DNA from: an uncultured Actinomycetes bacterium
Lineage (GTDB): Bacteria > Actinomycetota > Thermoleophilia > Gaiellales > Gaiellaceae
DNA: 64,000 bases
Assembly: GCA_963746005.1 (NCBI GenBank)
Contig: CAVUZM010000016.1
Coordinates: forward strand, 100,064-164,063
Direction: 5' to 3'
In this document: positions 8,940-20,060 of the stretch, one piece after another
How positions within the stretch are numbered: position 1 is the first letter of the stretch
Layout of the letters: every line of letters begins with the position of its first letter
The notes under the pieces: generated by a model
The model's database searches: none
The model's input: only the letters and a program-made list of their open reading frames with translations
What the model was told of the DNA's origin: nothing
Program-made: the position numbers and the translations under genes

Positions 8940-9995
8940 TTGTCACTGAACTACCTCGGCTGGGGCCCCGACCTCGCCGAACACTTCCAGGAGCACGCCG
9001 CCGAAGGCCTCGTCGCAGGCCGCGTCGCCGTGCCGCACCGCGGCAGCTACCTCGTCCTCACCGAGCTCGGCGAGCTGAACGCCGAGATCTCGGGGAAGCT
9101 CCGCCACGAGGCCGCGCCCGGCGAGCTGCCGGCCGCCGGCGACTGGGTCGCGGTGGCCGCACGCCACGAGGAGGGCACCGGCACGATCCACGCGGTGCTC
9201 CCGCGCCGCAGCGCGATCGTCCGCAAGGCGGCCGGCAACCCCACGGAGGCGCAGGTCGTCGGTGCCAACGTGGACACGGTCTTCCTCGTCACCTCGCTCA
9301 ACGACGACCTCAACCTCCGCCGCCTCGAGCGGTATCTCGCGACGGCCTGGGAGAGCGGCGCACAGCCGGCGATCCTGCTCACGAAGGCCGACCTCTCCGA
9401 CGATCCCGCCGCGTCCGTGCTCGAGGTGCAGGCGATCGCCTACGGCGTCCCCGTCCACGCCGTCTCGACCGTCACGGGCGAGGGAATCGCCGAGCTCGGC
9501 GTCTACCTCGGCGAGGGAAAGACGGTCGCGCTGATCGGCTCGTCCGGCGTCGGCAAGTCGACGCTGGTGAACAGGCTCGCCGGGCGGGAGGTGCTCGCGA
9601 CGCAGGAGATCCGCGAGAGCGACGGCCGCGGCCGCCACACGACCTCGCACCGCGAGCTCGTGCCGCTGCCCGGCGGCGGGCTCGTGCTCGACACCCCCGG
9701 GATGCGCGAGCTGCAGCTCTGGGAGTCGTCGGACGGGATGCAGGAGGCGTTCGACGACGTCGAGCAGCTCGTCGACGAGTGCCGCTTCGCCGACTGCGGC
9801 CACGGCGTCGAGCCCGGCTGCGCCGTCCAGGCGGCGCTCGCGGACGGCACGCTCGCGGCCGACCGCTACGAGAGCTGGGTCAAGCTCCAGCGGGAGCTCG
9901 AGCACCTCGAGCGCAGGCAGGGCGGCCGCGCGGCCGCCGAGGCGCGCAAGGCCCGTCGCGCGTTCGCGCGCAAGCTCCGCACGACGGCCTGGTGA
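8940..9995 (+). CDS. rsgA: Ribosome small-subunit-dependent GTPase A
   Basis: Circularly permuted GTPase motifs (LTKADL, GSSGVGKSTLVNRL, DTPGMRE) and a C-terminal Zn knuckle CRFADCGHGVEPGCAV. TTG start. Confidence 0.9.
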   Translation: MSLNYLGWGPDLAEHFQEHAAEGLVAGRVAVPHRGSYLVLTELGELNAEISGKLRHEAAPGELPAAGDWVAVAARHEEGTGTIHAVLPRRSAIVRKAAGNPTEAQVVGANVDTVFLVTSLNDDLNLRRLERYLATAWESGAQPAILLTKADLSDDPAASVLEVQAIAYGVPVHAVSTVTGEGIAELGVYLGEGKTVALIGSSGVGKSTLVNRLAGREVLATQEIRESDGRGRHTTSHRELVPLPGGGLVLDTPGMRELQLWESSDGMQEAFDDVEQLVDECRFADCGHGVEPGCAVQAALADGTLAADRYESWVKLQRELEHLERRQGGRAAAEARKARRAFARKLRTTAW

Positions 9996-10035
9996 GAAGG
10001 GCCCGGCGGGGCACGTCCCCGCCGGGCCCGAACCT

Positions 10036-10242
10036 CTAGGTCGTCTCCTCCATCGGCGGCGCGGGCCGCACGATCGCGTAGACCAGGCTGCCGACGACCG
10101 GGAAGATCAGGATCGCCACGAGCCAGGCCGTGAGATGCCAGCCCGAGACCAGGTGACGTCTGAACCGGCTGATCAGGTCGTAGATCGAGTAGACGATGAT
10201 CCCGACGATGAACAGCGCGATGAGGATGTAGAGGATCGTCAT
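10036..10242 (-). CDS. Small PLD-nuclease-N-terminal (PLDc_N)-like membrane protein
   Basis: 68 aa with two TM helices (..WLVAILIFPVVGSLVYAIV..). ATG lies 2 nt after the stop of the upstream HdeD-like gene. Confidence 0.55.
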   Translation of the reverse strand: MTILYILIALFIVGIIVYSIYDLISRFRRHLVSGWHLTAWLVAILIFPVVGSLVYAIVRPAPPMEETT

Positions 10243-10244
10243 CG

Positions 10245-10811
10245 CTAGGCCGGCCTCGCCTCGAGCTCGTGCTTGATCGCGCGGAGCTGGAACGCGAGGA
10301 AGATCTCCGCGATCCCCTTCACGATGCAGTAGACGCCGATGATCGTCACGAGCAGGACGACCGAGTTCGTGACGTCGTTCACGGCCCACGCGCCCAGGCC
10401 GATCTCGATCAGGCCCATGATCAGGCCGAGCCACCAGTACTGCCGGTGCGTGTTCATGAACGCGCGGATCACGTCCAGGATGCCCGCGATCAGGAAGAAC
10501 CAGCCGACGAGCATCGAGAGCGCGAGCACCGTGTTGTACGGGTTCGCGAACGCGACGATCCCGGCCGCGATCGCGACGATCCCGCCGATGATGAAGAACC
10601 ATTTCCAGCCGCCGGGCGCGGCCGACGACGCGAAGATGAAGTTGAAACCGACGAAGATGAACGCGATCCCCGCCAGGATGCCGAGCACGTCGAGCGTGTC
10701 GGCGCGGATCGAGAAGACGCAGAAGCCGAGGATCACGAGCGCGATTCCGGCCGTGAGCAGCCAGCCCCACATCCTCGCCGCCTGCTCCATTGACGGCACC
10801 CCTACGGACAT
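10245..10811 (-). CDS. HdeD/DUF308-family membrane protein
   Basis: 188 aa with six hydrophobic helices and repeated G-rich DUF308-like segments. AAGGGAGA RBS before ATG 10811. Confidence 0.7.
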   Translation of the reverse strand: MSVGVPSMEQAARMWGWLLTAGIALVILGFCVFSIRADTLDVLGILAGIAFIFVGFNFIFASSAAPGGWKWFFIIGGIVAIAAGIVAFANPYNTVLALSMLVGWFFLIAGILDVIRAFMNTHRQYWWLGLIMGLIEIGLGAWAVNDVTNSVVLLVTIIGVYCIVKGIAEIFLAFQLRAIKHELEARPA

Positions 10812-10870
10812 GTGTCTCCCTTCGTGGTTGGCAAAGCTCTCCGCCGATTATCTCGCATGAGTCAGACGCG

Positions 10871-11806
10871 TCAGGGCCGCACCAGGTTGCGCAGGAGGAA
10901 GCCGACGTTCGCCGGCCGCTCGGCCAGCCTCCGCATCAGGTACGGGTACCAGTCGGGCCCGTACGGGGTCGCGACGAGCACCTTGTAGCCCGCCGCGGCG
11001 ACCTCGCGCTGCAGCCCGCTGCGGACGCCGTAGAGCATCTGGAACTCGAAGCGGTCGCGCTCGATCCCGCGCTCCTGCGCGAACTCGCGCACCCTGGCGA
11101 TGATCCGCTCGTCGTGCGTGGCGACCGCGATGCGGGCGCCGCCGAGGAGCCCTGTCTCGACGAGCTCGACGAAGTTCCTGTCGACGTCGGACTTCTCCGG
11201 GAAGGCGCGCTCGGGCGGCTCGAGGTAGGCGCCCTTGACGATCCGCAGGTTCGGCGCGAGCGGCAGCAGGTCGGCGAGGTCCCTGGCCGTGCGGTACAGG
11301 TAGGACTGGAGCACGGTGCCGACGGAGTCGTGCCCCGCCTCACGCAGCCGGCGGTAGATGCGCAGCGTCGAGTCGACGGCGCTCGAGTGCTCCATGTCGA
11401 TGCGGAGGAAGCTGCCGAGCCCCTCCGCGAGCGCGACGAGCCGCTCCACGTTCGCGTAGGCGAGCTCCTCGTCGAGCTCGAGCCCGAGGTGCGTGAGCTT
11501 GAGCGAGACGTTCGCGTCCAGCTTCTCGTCGGCGAGCCGCCGGATCACCTCCTCGTACGACGACGTGACCGCCTTGGCCTGCGCCTTGTCCTCGACGGCC
11601 TCGCCGAGGATTGTCGTGTTAGCGGAGAGCCCCTGCTCGTTGAGGCCTCGCAGCACCTCGACGCACTCGTCGAGTGTCGAGCCCGCGACGAAGCGGCCCG
11701 CGCCCATCCGCATCCCGTGGCTCTGGGCGAGCCCGGCGAGCGTGGTGCTCTCGGAGACGCCCAGCAGCGCCGCACGGGCGAGCCCCTCTGCGCTTGGAAT
11801 CCTCAT
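10871..11806 (-). CDS. Proline dehydrogenase (monofunctional PutA-like)
   Basis: 311 aa of PRODH TIM-barrel type (..LSVKLTHLG.., ..IVKGAY.., C-terminal YLMRRLAERPAN). Confidence 0.85.
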   Translation of the reverse strand: MRIPSAEGLARAALLGVSESTTLAGLAQSHGMRMGAGRFVAGSTLDECVEVLRGLNEQGLSANTTILGEAVEDKAQAKAVTSSYEEVIRRLADEKLDANVSLKLTHLGLELDEELAYANVERLVALAEGLGSFLRIDMEHSSAVDSTLRIYRRLREAGHDSVGTVLQSYLYRTARDLADLLPLAPNLRIVKGAYLEPPERAFPEKSDVDRNFVELVETGLLGGARIAVATHDERIIARVREFAQERGIERDRFEFQMLYGVRSGLQREVAAAGYKVLVATPYGPDWYPYLMRRLAERPANVGFLLRNLVRP

Positions 11807-11813
11807 CGTGCTG

Positions 11814-11829
11814 ATCCTACGGCTACTGT
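11814..11829. promoter_or_regulatory. Back-to-back candidate -10 boxes for leaderless proline dehydrogenase and typA transcripts
   Basis: Only 29 nt separate the divergent start codons. TAGGAT (minus strand, 11814-11819) lies 7 nt from ATG 11806; TACTGT (11824-11829) lies 6 nt from GTG 11836. Confidence 0.3.
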
Positions 11830-11835
11830 GGATGC

Positions 11836-13680
<1,845 letters not shown>

Positions 13681-13681
13681 G

Positions 13682-14728
13682 TGTAGTTCCTGAGCACGTT
13701 GGTTCATCCGGGCCTCCCTGGAGGCTGAGCGCTGTCAAGGCAGCTCGGCTCAAGGAGGCACCGGATGAAGCTTCACGGTAACGCGGCTCTCAGTTGGCAT
13801 GGTCGGCGTCGGCTTGTGCAGCGGGTCGTTGTTGAGGGTTGGACGCTGACGGCGGCGGCCGAGGGCGCCGGTGTCAGCGTGCGCTGTGCGCGTAAGTGGG
13901 TGGGTCGCTATCGGCTGGAAGGCGAGGACGGTCTGGTTGATCGTTCATCGGCACCGCGGCGGGTTGCTAACCGGACCGCGCCGGAGCGGCTGGAGGCGAT
14001 CGCGAAGCTGCGTGGGCTGCGCTTCACGGCGGCCGAGATCGCGGAGACGTTGGGGATGGCGCTCTCGACGGTCTCTGGGATCCTGACCCGATCGGGGATG
14101 GGCAGGCTCGGCCGGCTTGGCCTCGAGCCCGTCGTCCGCTACGAACGCTCGCGGCCGGGGGAGCTCGTGCATGTTGATGTCAAGAAGCTAGGCCGGATCG
14201 TCGGCGGGGCCGGTTGGCGCGTCCGGGGCGGGGCTCAGCACTACAACCGCACCTACACCGACAACGAGGGGCATCGCCGCAACACCGTCGGTTGGGAGTT
14301 CGTGCACATCGCTGTCGACGACTACAGCCGCCTGGCCTACGCCGAGGTGCTCAGCGACGAGAAGGCGGCCACGGCTGTCGGCTTCCTTCGGCGCGCCGTC
14401 GCCTTCTATGCCCGACACGGAATCCGGGTCGAGTCCGTGCTCAGCGACAACGGCTCCGCCTACAGGGCAACAATCCATGCCGTCGCCTGCAAAGCGCTGC
14501 GCATCCGCCACCTCCGCACACGGCCATACCGGCCTCAGACAAACGGAAAAGCAGAGCGCTTCATCCGCACCCTGCTCACCGGATGGGCCTACGGCGCCGT
14601 CTACCGCTCAAGCAGCGAACGCACCCTCGCCCTTGACGGCTGGCTCTGGCACTACAACCATCGACGCCGACACTCAGCCCTCAACCACCAACCGCCCATC
14701 AGCAGAACCAACCTGCTCGGGTCCTACA
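13682..14728 (+). mobile_element. IS481-family insertion sequence (1047 bp) with 6-bp target duplication CCTAGG
   Basis: Terminal inverted repeats TGTAGTTCCTGAGCACGTTGGTTC / GAACCAACCTGCTCGGGTCCTACA (about 20/24 bp). CCTAGG is present at 13676-13681 and at 14729-14734. Confidence 0.85.
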
Positions 14729-14733
14729 CCTAG
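13765..14733 (+). CDS. IS481-family DDE transposase
   Basis: 322 aa with an N-terminal HTH and an rve integrase core (HVDVKKL.., SDNGSAY.., PQTNGKAERF). The stop TAG lies in the right target-site copy. Confidence 0.9.
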   Translation: MKLHGNAALSWHGRRRLVQRVVVEGWTLTAAAEGAGVSVRCARKWVGRYRLEGEDGLVDRSSAPRRVANRTAPERLEAIAKLRGLRFTAAEIAETLGMALSTVSGILTRSGMGRLGRLGLEPVVRYERSRPGELVHVDVKKLGRIVGGAGWRVRGGAQHYNRTYTDNEGHRRNTVGWEFVHIAVDDYSRLAYAEVLSDEKAATAVGFLRRAVAFYARHGIRVESVLSDNGSAYRATIHAVACKALRIRHLRTRPYRPQTNGKAERFIRTLLTGWAYGAVYRSSSERTLALDGWLWHYNHRRRHSALNHQPPISRTNLLGSYT

Positions 14734-14775
14734 GCCTGCGGAAAACCCACAACCCGCGCCGACTGACGGGCAGCG

Positions 14776-14781
14776 TAGAAT
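14776..14781 (+). promoter_or_regulatory. Candidate -10 box (TAGAAT) for a leaderless cytochrome c transcript
   Basis: TAGAAT lies 6 nt upstream of GTG 14788. No SD is present between them. Confidence 0.3.
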
Positions 14782-14787
14782 CCGCGC

Positions 14788-15555
14788 GTGGAGCGTGGAG
14801 GCACCTCGGTGTTCGCAGCCGTGATCGCAGCGGGCGCTGCGCTCTTGATCGCGGTCGGCGTCGGGGCCTGGGCAGCCGGGCACTACTCCGCGAAGACCGT
14901 CACGGTCGGCGGCGGTGCCGTCGCGACCGTGCCGAGCGCGACGGTCGATCCCTCCGTCGCGGCGGGCGCGCACACGTTCGTCCAGTTCGCCTGTGCCCAG
15001 TGCCACGGCGAGCAGGGCAAGGGCGGCGTCTCACCGGACGTACCGGCGCTCGACGTCGTCGGCAAGGCCCTCACCCCCGCGCAGCTGCGGCACATCATCG
15101 ACCACGGCCTCGGCGTCTCGAGCAACCCGACCAAGCCGTACATGCCGGTCTGGGGCCAGGTGATCTCGAGCACACAGGTGACCGACCTGATCTCCTACCT
15201 CCACGCAGGCCTGCCCTCGGTGCCCGACGCAACGCCTCCGGTCGTGCCGACCGGGCAGGGCGCCGCGGTCGCCGGCGCCGCGCTCTACGTCAAGTACGGC
15301 TGCATCAACTGCCATGGGCCGAACGGCCTCGGCGGCGTGCCGAACCCGCTCTCGCCCGACAAGACGATCCCGCCGCTCTCCGGCGCCGACTTCTTCAACC
15401 AGTTCAACACCGACGCGAAGATCATCGACGTGATCCGCAGCGGCAGCGTGATCGGCAAGGCGCCGATCGTGAGCATGCCGCACTGGGGCGGGATCATCCC
15501 GGACCCGGACCTGCAGGCGCTCGTCGCCTACATCAAGACGCTCAAGTCCTCCTGA
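14788..15555 (+). CDS. Membrane-anchored diheme c-type cytochrome
   Basis: N-terminal TM helix and two CxxCH motifs (CAQCH, CINCH), each followed by ..MP..G/HWGG distal-ligand regions. Confidence 0.85.
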   Translation: MERGGTSVFAAVIAAGAALLIAVGVGAWAAGHYSAKTVTVGGGAVATVPSATVDPSVAAGAHTFVQFACAQCHGEQGKGGVSPDVPALDVVGKALTPAQLRHIIDHGLGVSSNPTKPYMPVWGQVISSTQVTDLISYLHAGLPSVPDATPPVVPTGQGAAVAGAALYVKYGCINCHGPNGLGGVPNPLSPDKTIPPLSGADFFNQFNTDAKIIDVIRSGSVIGKAPIVSMPHWGGIIPDPDLQALVAYIKTLKSS

Positions 15556-16702
15556 GCTCGACGAACACGTTGTCGAGCGCCGAGCGGAGCCCGACGGAGA
15601 GCGCGCCGGCGAGGACGGCCGCCTCTCCCACCGTCGAGACCTCGACCCGGGGCGGATAGGGGAGCCACTCGCGCAGGTGCCGGCGGATCGGCTCGAGCAG
15701 GAGGTCGCCGTTGCGGCCGAGGCCGCCGCCGAGGACGACGAGCTCGACGTCCGCGACGGCGCCGATCGGCGCGACGTGGAGCGCGATCCTGCGCGCGAGC
15801 TCGGCCACGACGGCCCGGGCGACCGGGTCGCCGCGGCGGGCAGCGTCGAAGATCGCACGCGGCTCGTACGGTGCGGTGAGCGAGGTCTCGGCACCGGGCC
15901 CGCCCGCCAGGCGTGCCGCGAGCTCGGCGACCGCCCCGGCGGAGGGGTCCACGTCGGGCACGAGTGTCGGAAGGGCGTTGTCCAGCTCGCCCGCGGCGCC
16001 GTGCTGTCCGCGGTGCAGCTCCCCGTGAAGCACGAGCCCGGCCCCGAGCCCGGTCCCGACGGAGAGGAAGACGAAGTTCTCGACGCCCTGGGCGACGCCG
16101 AGGCGCTGCTCTCCGAGCGCGGCGAGGTTGATGTCGTTCTCGAGCGTGACCGACAGGCCCAGGCGGCGCTCGAGCTCCGGGCCGAATTCGCCGCCCTCGA
16201 GGCCGGCCACGTTCGTCGCGAGGCTGATGCGGCGGTCGCGTGCCTCGACGACACCGGGCACGCCGACGACGACTCCGTCGAGCAGGCGCGCCTCGAGGCC
16301 CGCCGCGTCGACGAGCGACGTCCTCAGGCTCAGGATCTCCTCGACCGCGTCCTCGGCGTCGGCGACGTGGATCTCGACGTCCTGCCGGGCGCGGATCTCT
16401 CCGCGCAGGTCGCAGATCGCGCCGCGGAGGAACCGCGCCCCGAGATCGAGGCCGAGCACGAGAGCCGCCTCGGCGACCGGCTCGAAGAACACCGCGCCGT
16501 AGCTCGGGCCGCCCGGCTCCTGCTCCGCCCGCCGGACGAGGCCCGCGTCGACCAGCGACTGCAGAGCGAGCGAGACCGTGGGCTTCGAGATTCCCACCCG
16601 CCGGGAGATCTCGGCCCGCGAGATCGGTGACCCGTCACGGATCGTCTCGAGCACCGTTCGCTCGTTGAGATCCTTCAGCAGCCGAGGGGTGGCACGCGGC
16701 AT
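15542..16702 (-). CDS. ROK-family transcriptional regulator
   Basis: N-terminal wHTH (ISRAEISRRVGISKPTVSLALQSL) plus a ROK sugar-kinase-like domain. ATG 16702 (TTG 16723 possible). Divergent from the ABC operon. Confidence 0.85.
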   Translation of the reverse strand: MPRATPRLLKDLNERTVLETIRDGSPISRAEISRRVGISKPTVSLALQSLVDAGLVRRAEQEPGGPSYGAVFFEPVAEAALVLGLDLGARFLRGAICDLRGEIRARQDVEIHVADAEDAVEEILSLRTSLVDAAGLEARLLDGVVVGVPGVVEARDRRISLATNVAGLEGGEFGPELERRLGLSVTLENDINLAALGEQRLGVAQGVENFVFLSVGTGLGAGLVLHGELHRGQHGAAGELDNALPTLVPDVDPSAGAVAELAARLAGGPGAETSLTAPYEPRAIFDAARRGDPVARAVVAELARRIALHVAPIGAVADVELVVLGGGLGRNGDLLLEPIRRHLREWLPYPPRVEVSTVGEAAVLAGALSVGLRSALDNVFVELRRT

Positions 16703-16831
16703 CTCGTCAAATACCCTAACCAACCTGACCCATTTTTGGCGATGCTTGACTCACAACCGGCAGAAGTTCAAGATTCTCGTTTGGAACCCTAACAAGCTCG
16801 ACGTATTTCGTCACTCAACAGGGAGGGTGTC

Positions 16832-18160
16832 ATGAGACGTGTGGGGACGGCAATCGCCGTGCTCGCGGCGCTCGCGCTCCTCGTCGCCGGCGTAGCGATG
16901 AGCTCGCCACGGGTCACGCCCAAGGCGAAGAGTGCACCTACGAAGCTCACCATCTGGGTCGGCTGGAGCGCCCGCGAGCTGAGCGTCTTCAACCAGGTCG
17001 TCGCCGAGTACGACAGGAAGAACCCGAACGTCACCGTCAACGTCGTGGGCTCGATCAACGACAACAAGATCGTCGCTGCGATCCGGGCCGGCACCGCGCC
17101 CGACGTCGTCAGCTCGTTCAACTCCTACAACGTCGGCGTCTACTGCGGGACGGGCGGCTGGATCGACCTCGCGCCGCTGATGGCGAAGGACCACATCAGC
17201 GCGAGCATGTTCCCCGCCGCGACGCAGTACTACACGCAGTACAACGGCGTCCGCTGCGCGCTGCCGCTGCTCGCAGACACCTACGGCCTCTACTACAACA
17301 AGACCATGTTCAAGGCGGCCGGGATCGCGAGCCCGCCGAAGACCATGACGGAGCTCGCCGCCGACGCGAAGAAGCTGACCGTTCGAGGCTCGAACGGCAC
17401 GATCAAGGTGGCCGGGATCGATCCGGTGATCGGCTTCTACGAGAACGTCCCCGAGCGGTGGATCACGTCGTACGGCGGCAAGTGGCAGGACGCGAAGGGC
17501 AACTCGATCCTCTCGCAGGATCCCGCGTGGACGAAGTGGCTGACCTGGCAGAAGAGCCTCGTCGACTGGTTCGGCTACAACAACCTCGTCCGCTTCCAGG
17601 CCGGGCAGGGCGACGAGTTCTCAGCCTCGAACGCCTTCGAGGCGGGCAAGGTCGCGATGAACCTCGACGGCGAATGGCGGGTCGCGTTCATCCAGGCCGA
17701 GCATCCGAACCTGAACTACGCCACGGCGCCGATGCCCGTCGACGACGCCCATCCTGAGCTCTACGGCTCGGGCTACATCAACGGGACGATCATCGGCATC
17801 CCGAAGAACGGCAAGCACACCGCCGAGGCGTGGGCGCTGGTCAAGTACCTGACCACGAACTCGCATGCCCTCGCCGAGCTGTCGAACGGGCTCCGGAACG
17901 TGCCGACGACGAAGGCCTCGGCCGTCTCGCCCGAGATCAAGCCGGACGCGCATTTCGCGACGTTCATCAAGATCTTCACGAACCCGAAGTCGACCACCTC
18001 GCCCATCACCGCGGCGGGAGTCGCGTACACGAACCTCGTGCAACACTTCGTGACGCAGTGGCAGGCGGGCCAGGTGAAGAACCTCCACTCCGGGCTCGTG
18101 TCGCTCGACAAGCAACTCGACGCCCTCGTCCACCAGGCCAAGGGGCCGGGAGTGCCGTGA
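16832..18160 (+). CDS. ABC transporter sugar-binding protein (family 1)
   Basis: 442 aa with a signal peptide and typical extracellular solute-binding protein composition. GGAGGG RBS. Confidence 0.85.
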   Translation: MRRVGTAIAVLAALALLVAGVAMSSPRVTPKAKSAPTKLTIWVGWSARELSVFNQVVAEYDRKNPNVTVNVVGSINDNKIVAAIRAGTAPDVVSSFNSYNVGVYCGTGGWIDLAPLMAKDHISASMFPAATQYYTQYNGVRCALPLLADTYGLYYNKTMFKAAGIASPPKTMTELAADAKKLTVRGSNGTIKVAGIDPVIGFYENVPERWITSYGGKWQDAKGNSILSQDPAWTKWLTWQKSLVDWFGYNNLVRFQAGQGDEFSASNAFEAGKVAMNLDGEWRVAFIQAEHPNLNYATAPMPVDDAHPELYGSGYINGTIIGIPKNGKHTAEAWALVKYLTTNSHALAELSNGLRNVPTTKASAVSPEIKPDAHFATFIKIFTNPKSTTSPITAAGVAYTNLVQHFVTQWQAGQVKNLHSGLVSLDKQLDALVHQAKGPGVP

Positions 18161-19167
18161 GCCAGAGCTCGGTCGCTGGAGAACGCCTCCCCGCGGCCGC
18201 GCTGACGGTCGATCGCCGACGAGCCAGGAGGAGAGCAGCGTGGAGGCGCCGCGGTCTCGTGCTCCTCTTCATGTCCCCCTGGCTCGTCGGCTTCACCGTC
18301 TTCTTCCTGTACCCGCTCGTGATGAGCGCGTACCTGTCGTTCAACCACTACGACCTGCTCGCGCCGCCGCGATGGGTCGGCTGGGCGAACTACCACTACC
18401 TCTTCCGTCAGGATCCCCAGGTCTGGACCGCGATCAAGAACACGATCTGGCTGATCGTCGTGATGGTGCCGCTCCAGATCGCATTCGCCTTCGGGCTCGC
18501 CGTGATGCTGACCCGGGCCAGGAGGGGTGTCGGCGTGTTCCGCACGGTCTTCTACCTGCCCGCGCTCGCGCCGCCGGTCGCGGCGACGCTCGCGTTCGTC
18601 TACATCCTCAACCCGGTGACGGGGCCGGTGAACGTCCTGCTCGGGCACCTCGGCATCCAGGGGCCGCTCTGGTTCCAGGATCCGCACTGGTCGAAGCCCT
18701 CGCTCGTCGGGCTGGGGCTCTGGGGCGTCGGCACGATCATGATCATCTTCCTCGCCGCGGTGCTCGACGTCCCGCGACAGCTGTACGAGTCGGCGGAGCT
18801 CGACGGAGCCAACGCCCTGCAGCGGATGCGCTGGGTGACGCTGCCGACGATCAGCCCGGTGATCCTCTTCGCGGTCGTGCTCGGCGTGATCCAGGGGCTC
18901 CAGTACTTCACGCAGGCGTACGTCGCCGCCGGGGTCGCGGCCGGCCAGGCCTCGCAGGCCGCCGACGTCACCGCGGTGAACCTCGGCTACCCGCAGGACT
19001 CGACCCTGTTCTACCCCGTGCTGCTGTACGAGCACGGGTTCACGGACTTCCAGATGGGCTACGCCAGCGCGATGGCGATGCTGCTGCTCGCCGTCTCGTT
19101 CGCGGTCACGCTCGTGATCATCCTCAACTCGAAGCGGTGGGTCCACGTAGCGGGGCCGGCGCGATGA
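18157..19167 (+). CDS. Carbohydrate ABC transporter permease
   Basis: MalF/UgpA-like with an EAA loop (ESAELDGANALQRMRWVTLP). GTGA overlap with the binding-protein stop. Confidence 0.85.
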   Translation: MSQSSVAGERLPAAALTVDRRRARRRAAWRRRGLVLLFMSPWLVGFTVFFLYPLVMSAYLSFNHYDLLAPPRWVGWANYHYLFRQDPQVWTAIKNTIWLIVVMVPLQIAFAFGLAVMLTRARRGVGVFRTVFYLPALAPPVAATLAFVYILNPVTGPVNVLLGHLGIQGPLWFQDPHWSKPSLVGLGLWGVGTIMIIFLAAVLDVPRQLYESAELDGANALQRMRWVTLPTISPVILFAVVLGVIQGLQYFTQAYVAAGVAAGQASQAADVTAVNLGYPQDSTLFYPVLLYEHGFTDFQMGYASAMAMLLLAVSFAVTLVIILNSKRWVHVAGPAR

Positions 19168-20060
19168 CGAGCGCGACCGCCGAGCCGGCGGCCGTTCGCC
19201 GCAAGCCGCCGCCGCGGGTCCGCCGGCGCCGCGCCCTCGGCGCGGTCGCCGACCACAGCATCCTGATCGCGGCTGCGATCGCGTTCCTCGTGCCGTTCCT
19301 GTTCATGCTGCTCACGGCGCTGATGAGCGACTCGCAGGCGCTGTCGCCGCACCTCTGGCCGCATCCGTTCCGCTGGTCGAACTTCGCCGACGTCTTCACG
19401 AAGGCGCCGTTCATGACGTGGATCGGGAACACGCTGATGTACTCGGTGCTCGCGACGATCGGCGTGGTCGTCTCGAGCGTCCCCGTCGCGTATGCGCTGG
19501 CGCGGATGCGCTGGCGCGGGCGCGAGGTCGCGTTCGTGATCGTCCTCGTCGCGTTGATGCTGCCGCCGCAGGTCACGGTCGTCCCGCTCTACGTGATGTG
19601 GGCGAAGGTCCATCCCTTCGGCTTCAACTTCATCGGCACGCTCTGGCCGGTGATCATCCCGGCCTGGTTCGGCGACGCGTTCTCGATCTTCCTCCTGCGC
19701 CAGTTCTTCCTGACCATCCCGGAGGAGTACCTCGACGCGGCGCGCGTCGACGGCTGCGGCGAGATCCGGATCCTCACCACCGTGGTCGTCCGGCTCGCGA
19801 AGCCGGCGATCGCGGCGGTCGCGCTGTTCTCGTTCCTCTACACGTTCAACGACTTCTTCCTGCCCCTGCTGTACACCGGCGAGAGCCCGAACCACTGGGT
19901 GCTCTCGATCGGCCTCTCGGAGTTCCGCTCGCTCCATCAGGTGCAGTGGAACCTGACCATGGCCGCCACGCTGCTCGTGATGGCGCCCGTGATCGTGATC
20001 TTCTTCCTCGCCCAGCGGGTCTTCGTCGAGGGCGTGACCCTGACGGGAGTGAAGGGATGA
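19164..20060 (+). CDS. Carbohydrate ABC transporter permease
   Basis: MalG/UgpE-like with an EAA loop (DAARVDGCGEIRILTTVVVRLAKP). ATGA overlap with the upstream gene. Confidence 0.85.
   Translation: MTSATAEPAAVRRKPPPRVRRRRALGAVADHSILIAAAIAFLVPFLFMLLTALMSDSQALSPHLWPHPFRWSNFADVFTKAPFMTWIGNTLMYSVLATIGVVVSSVPVAYALARMRWRGREVAFVIVLVALMLPPQVTVVPLYVMWAKVHPFGFNFIGTLWPVIIPAWFGDAFSIFLLRQFFLTIPEEYLDAARVDGCGEIRILTTVVVRLAKPAIAAVALFSFLYTFNDFFLPLLYTGESPNHWVLSIGLSEFRSLHQVQWNLTMAATLLVMAPVIVIFFLAQRVFVEGVTLTGVKG

Noticed and set aside
16703-16831. Promoter call (TTGACT at 16746-16751 with a downstream AAGATT) for the sugar ABC operon
   Set aside because: The spacing and the -10 match are weak and I cannot score them without a model. 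I kept only the repeated ACCCTAAC cores, as a note inside the operon finding.
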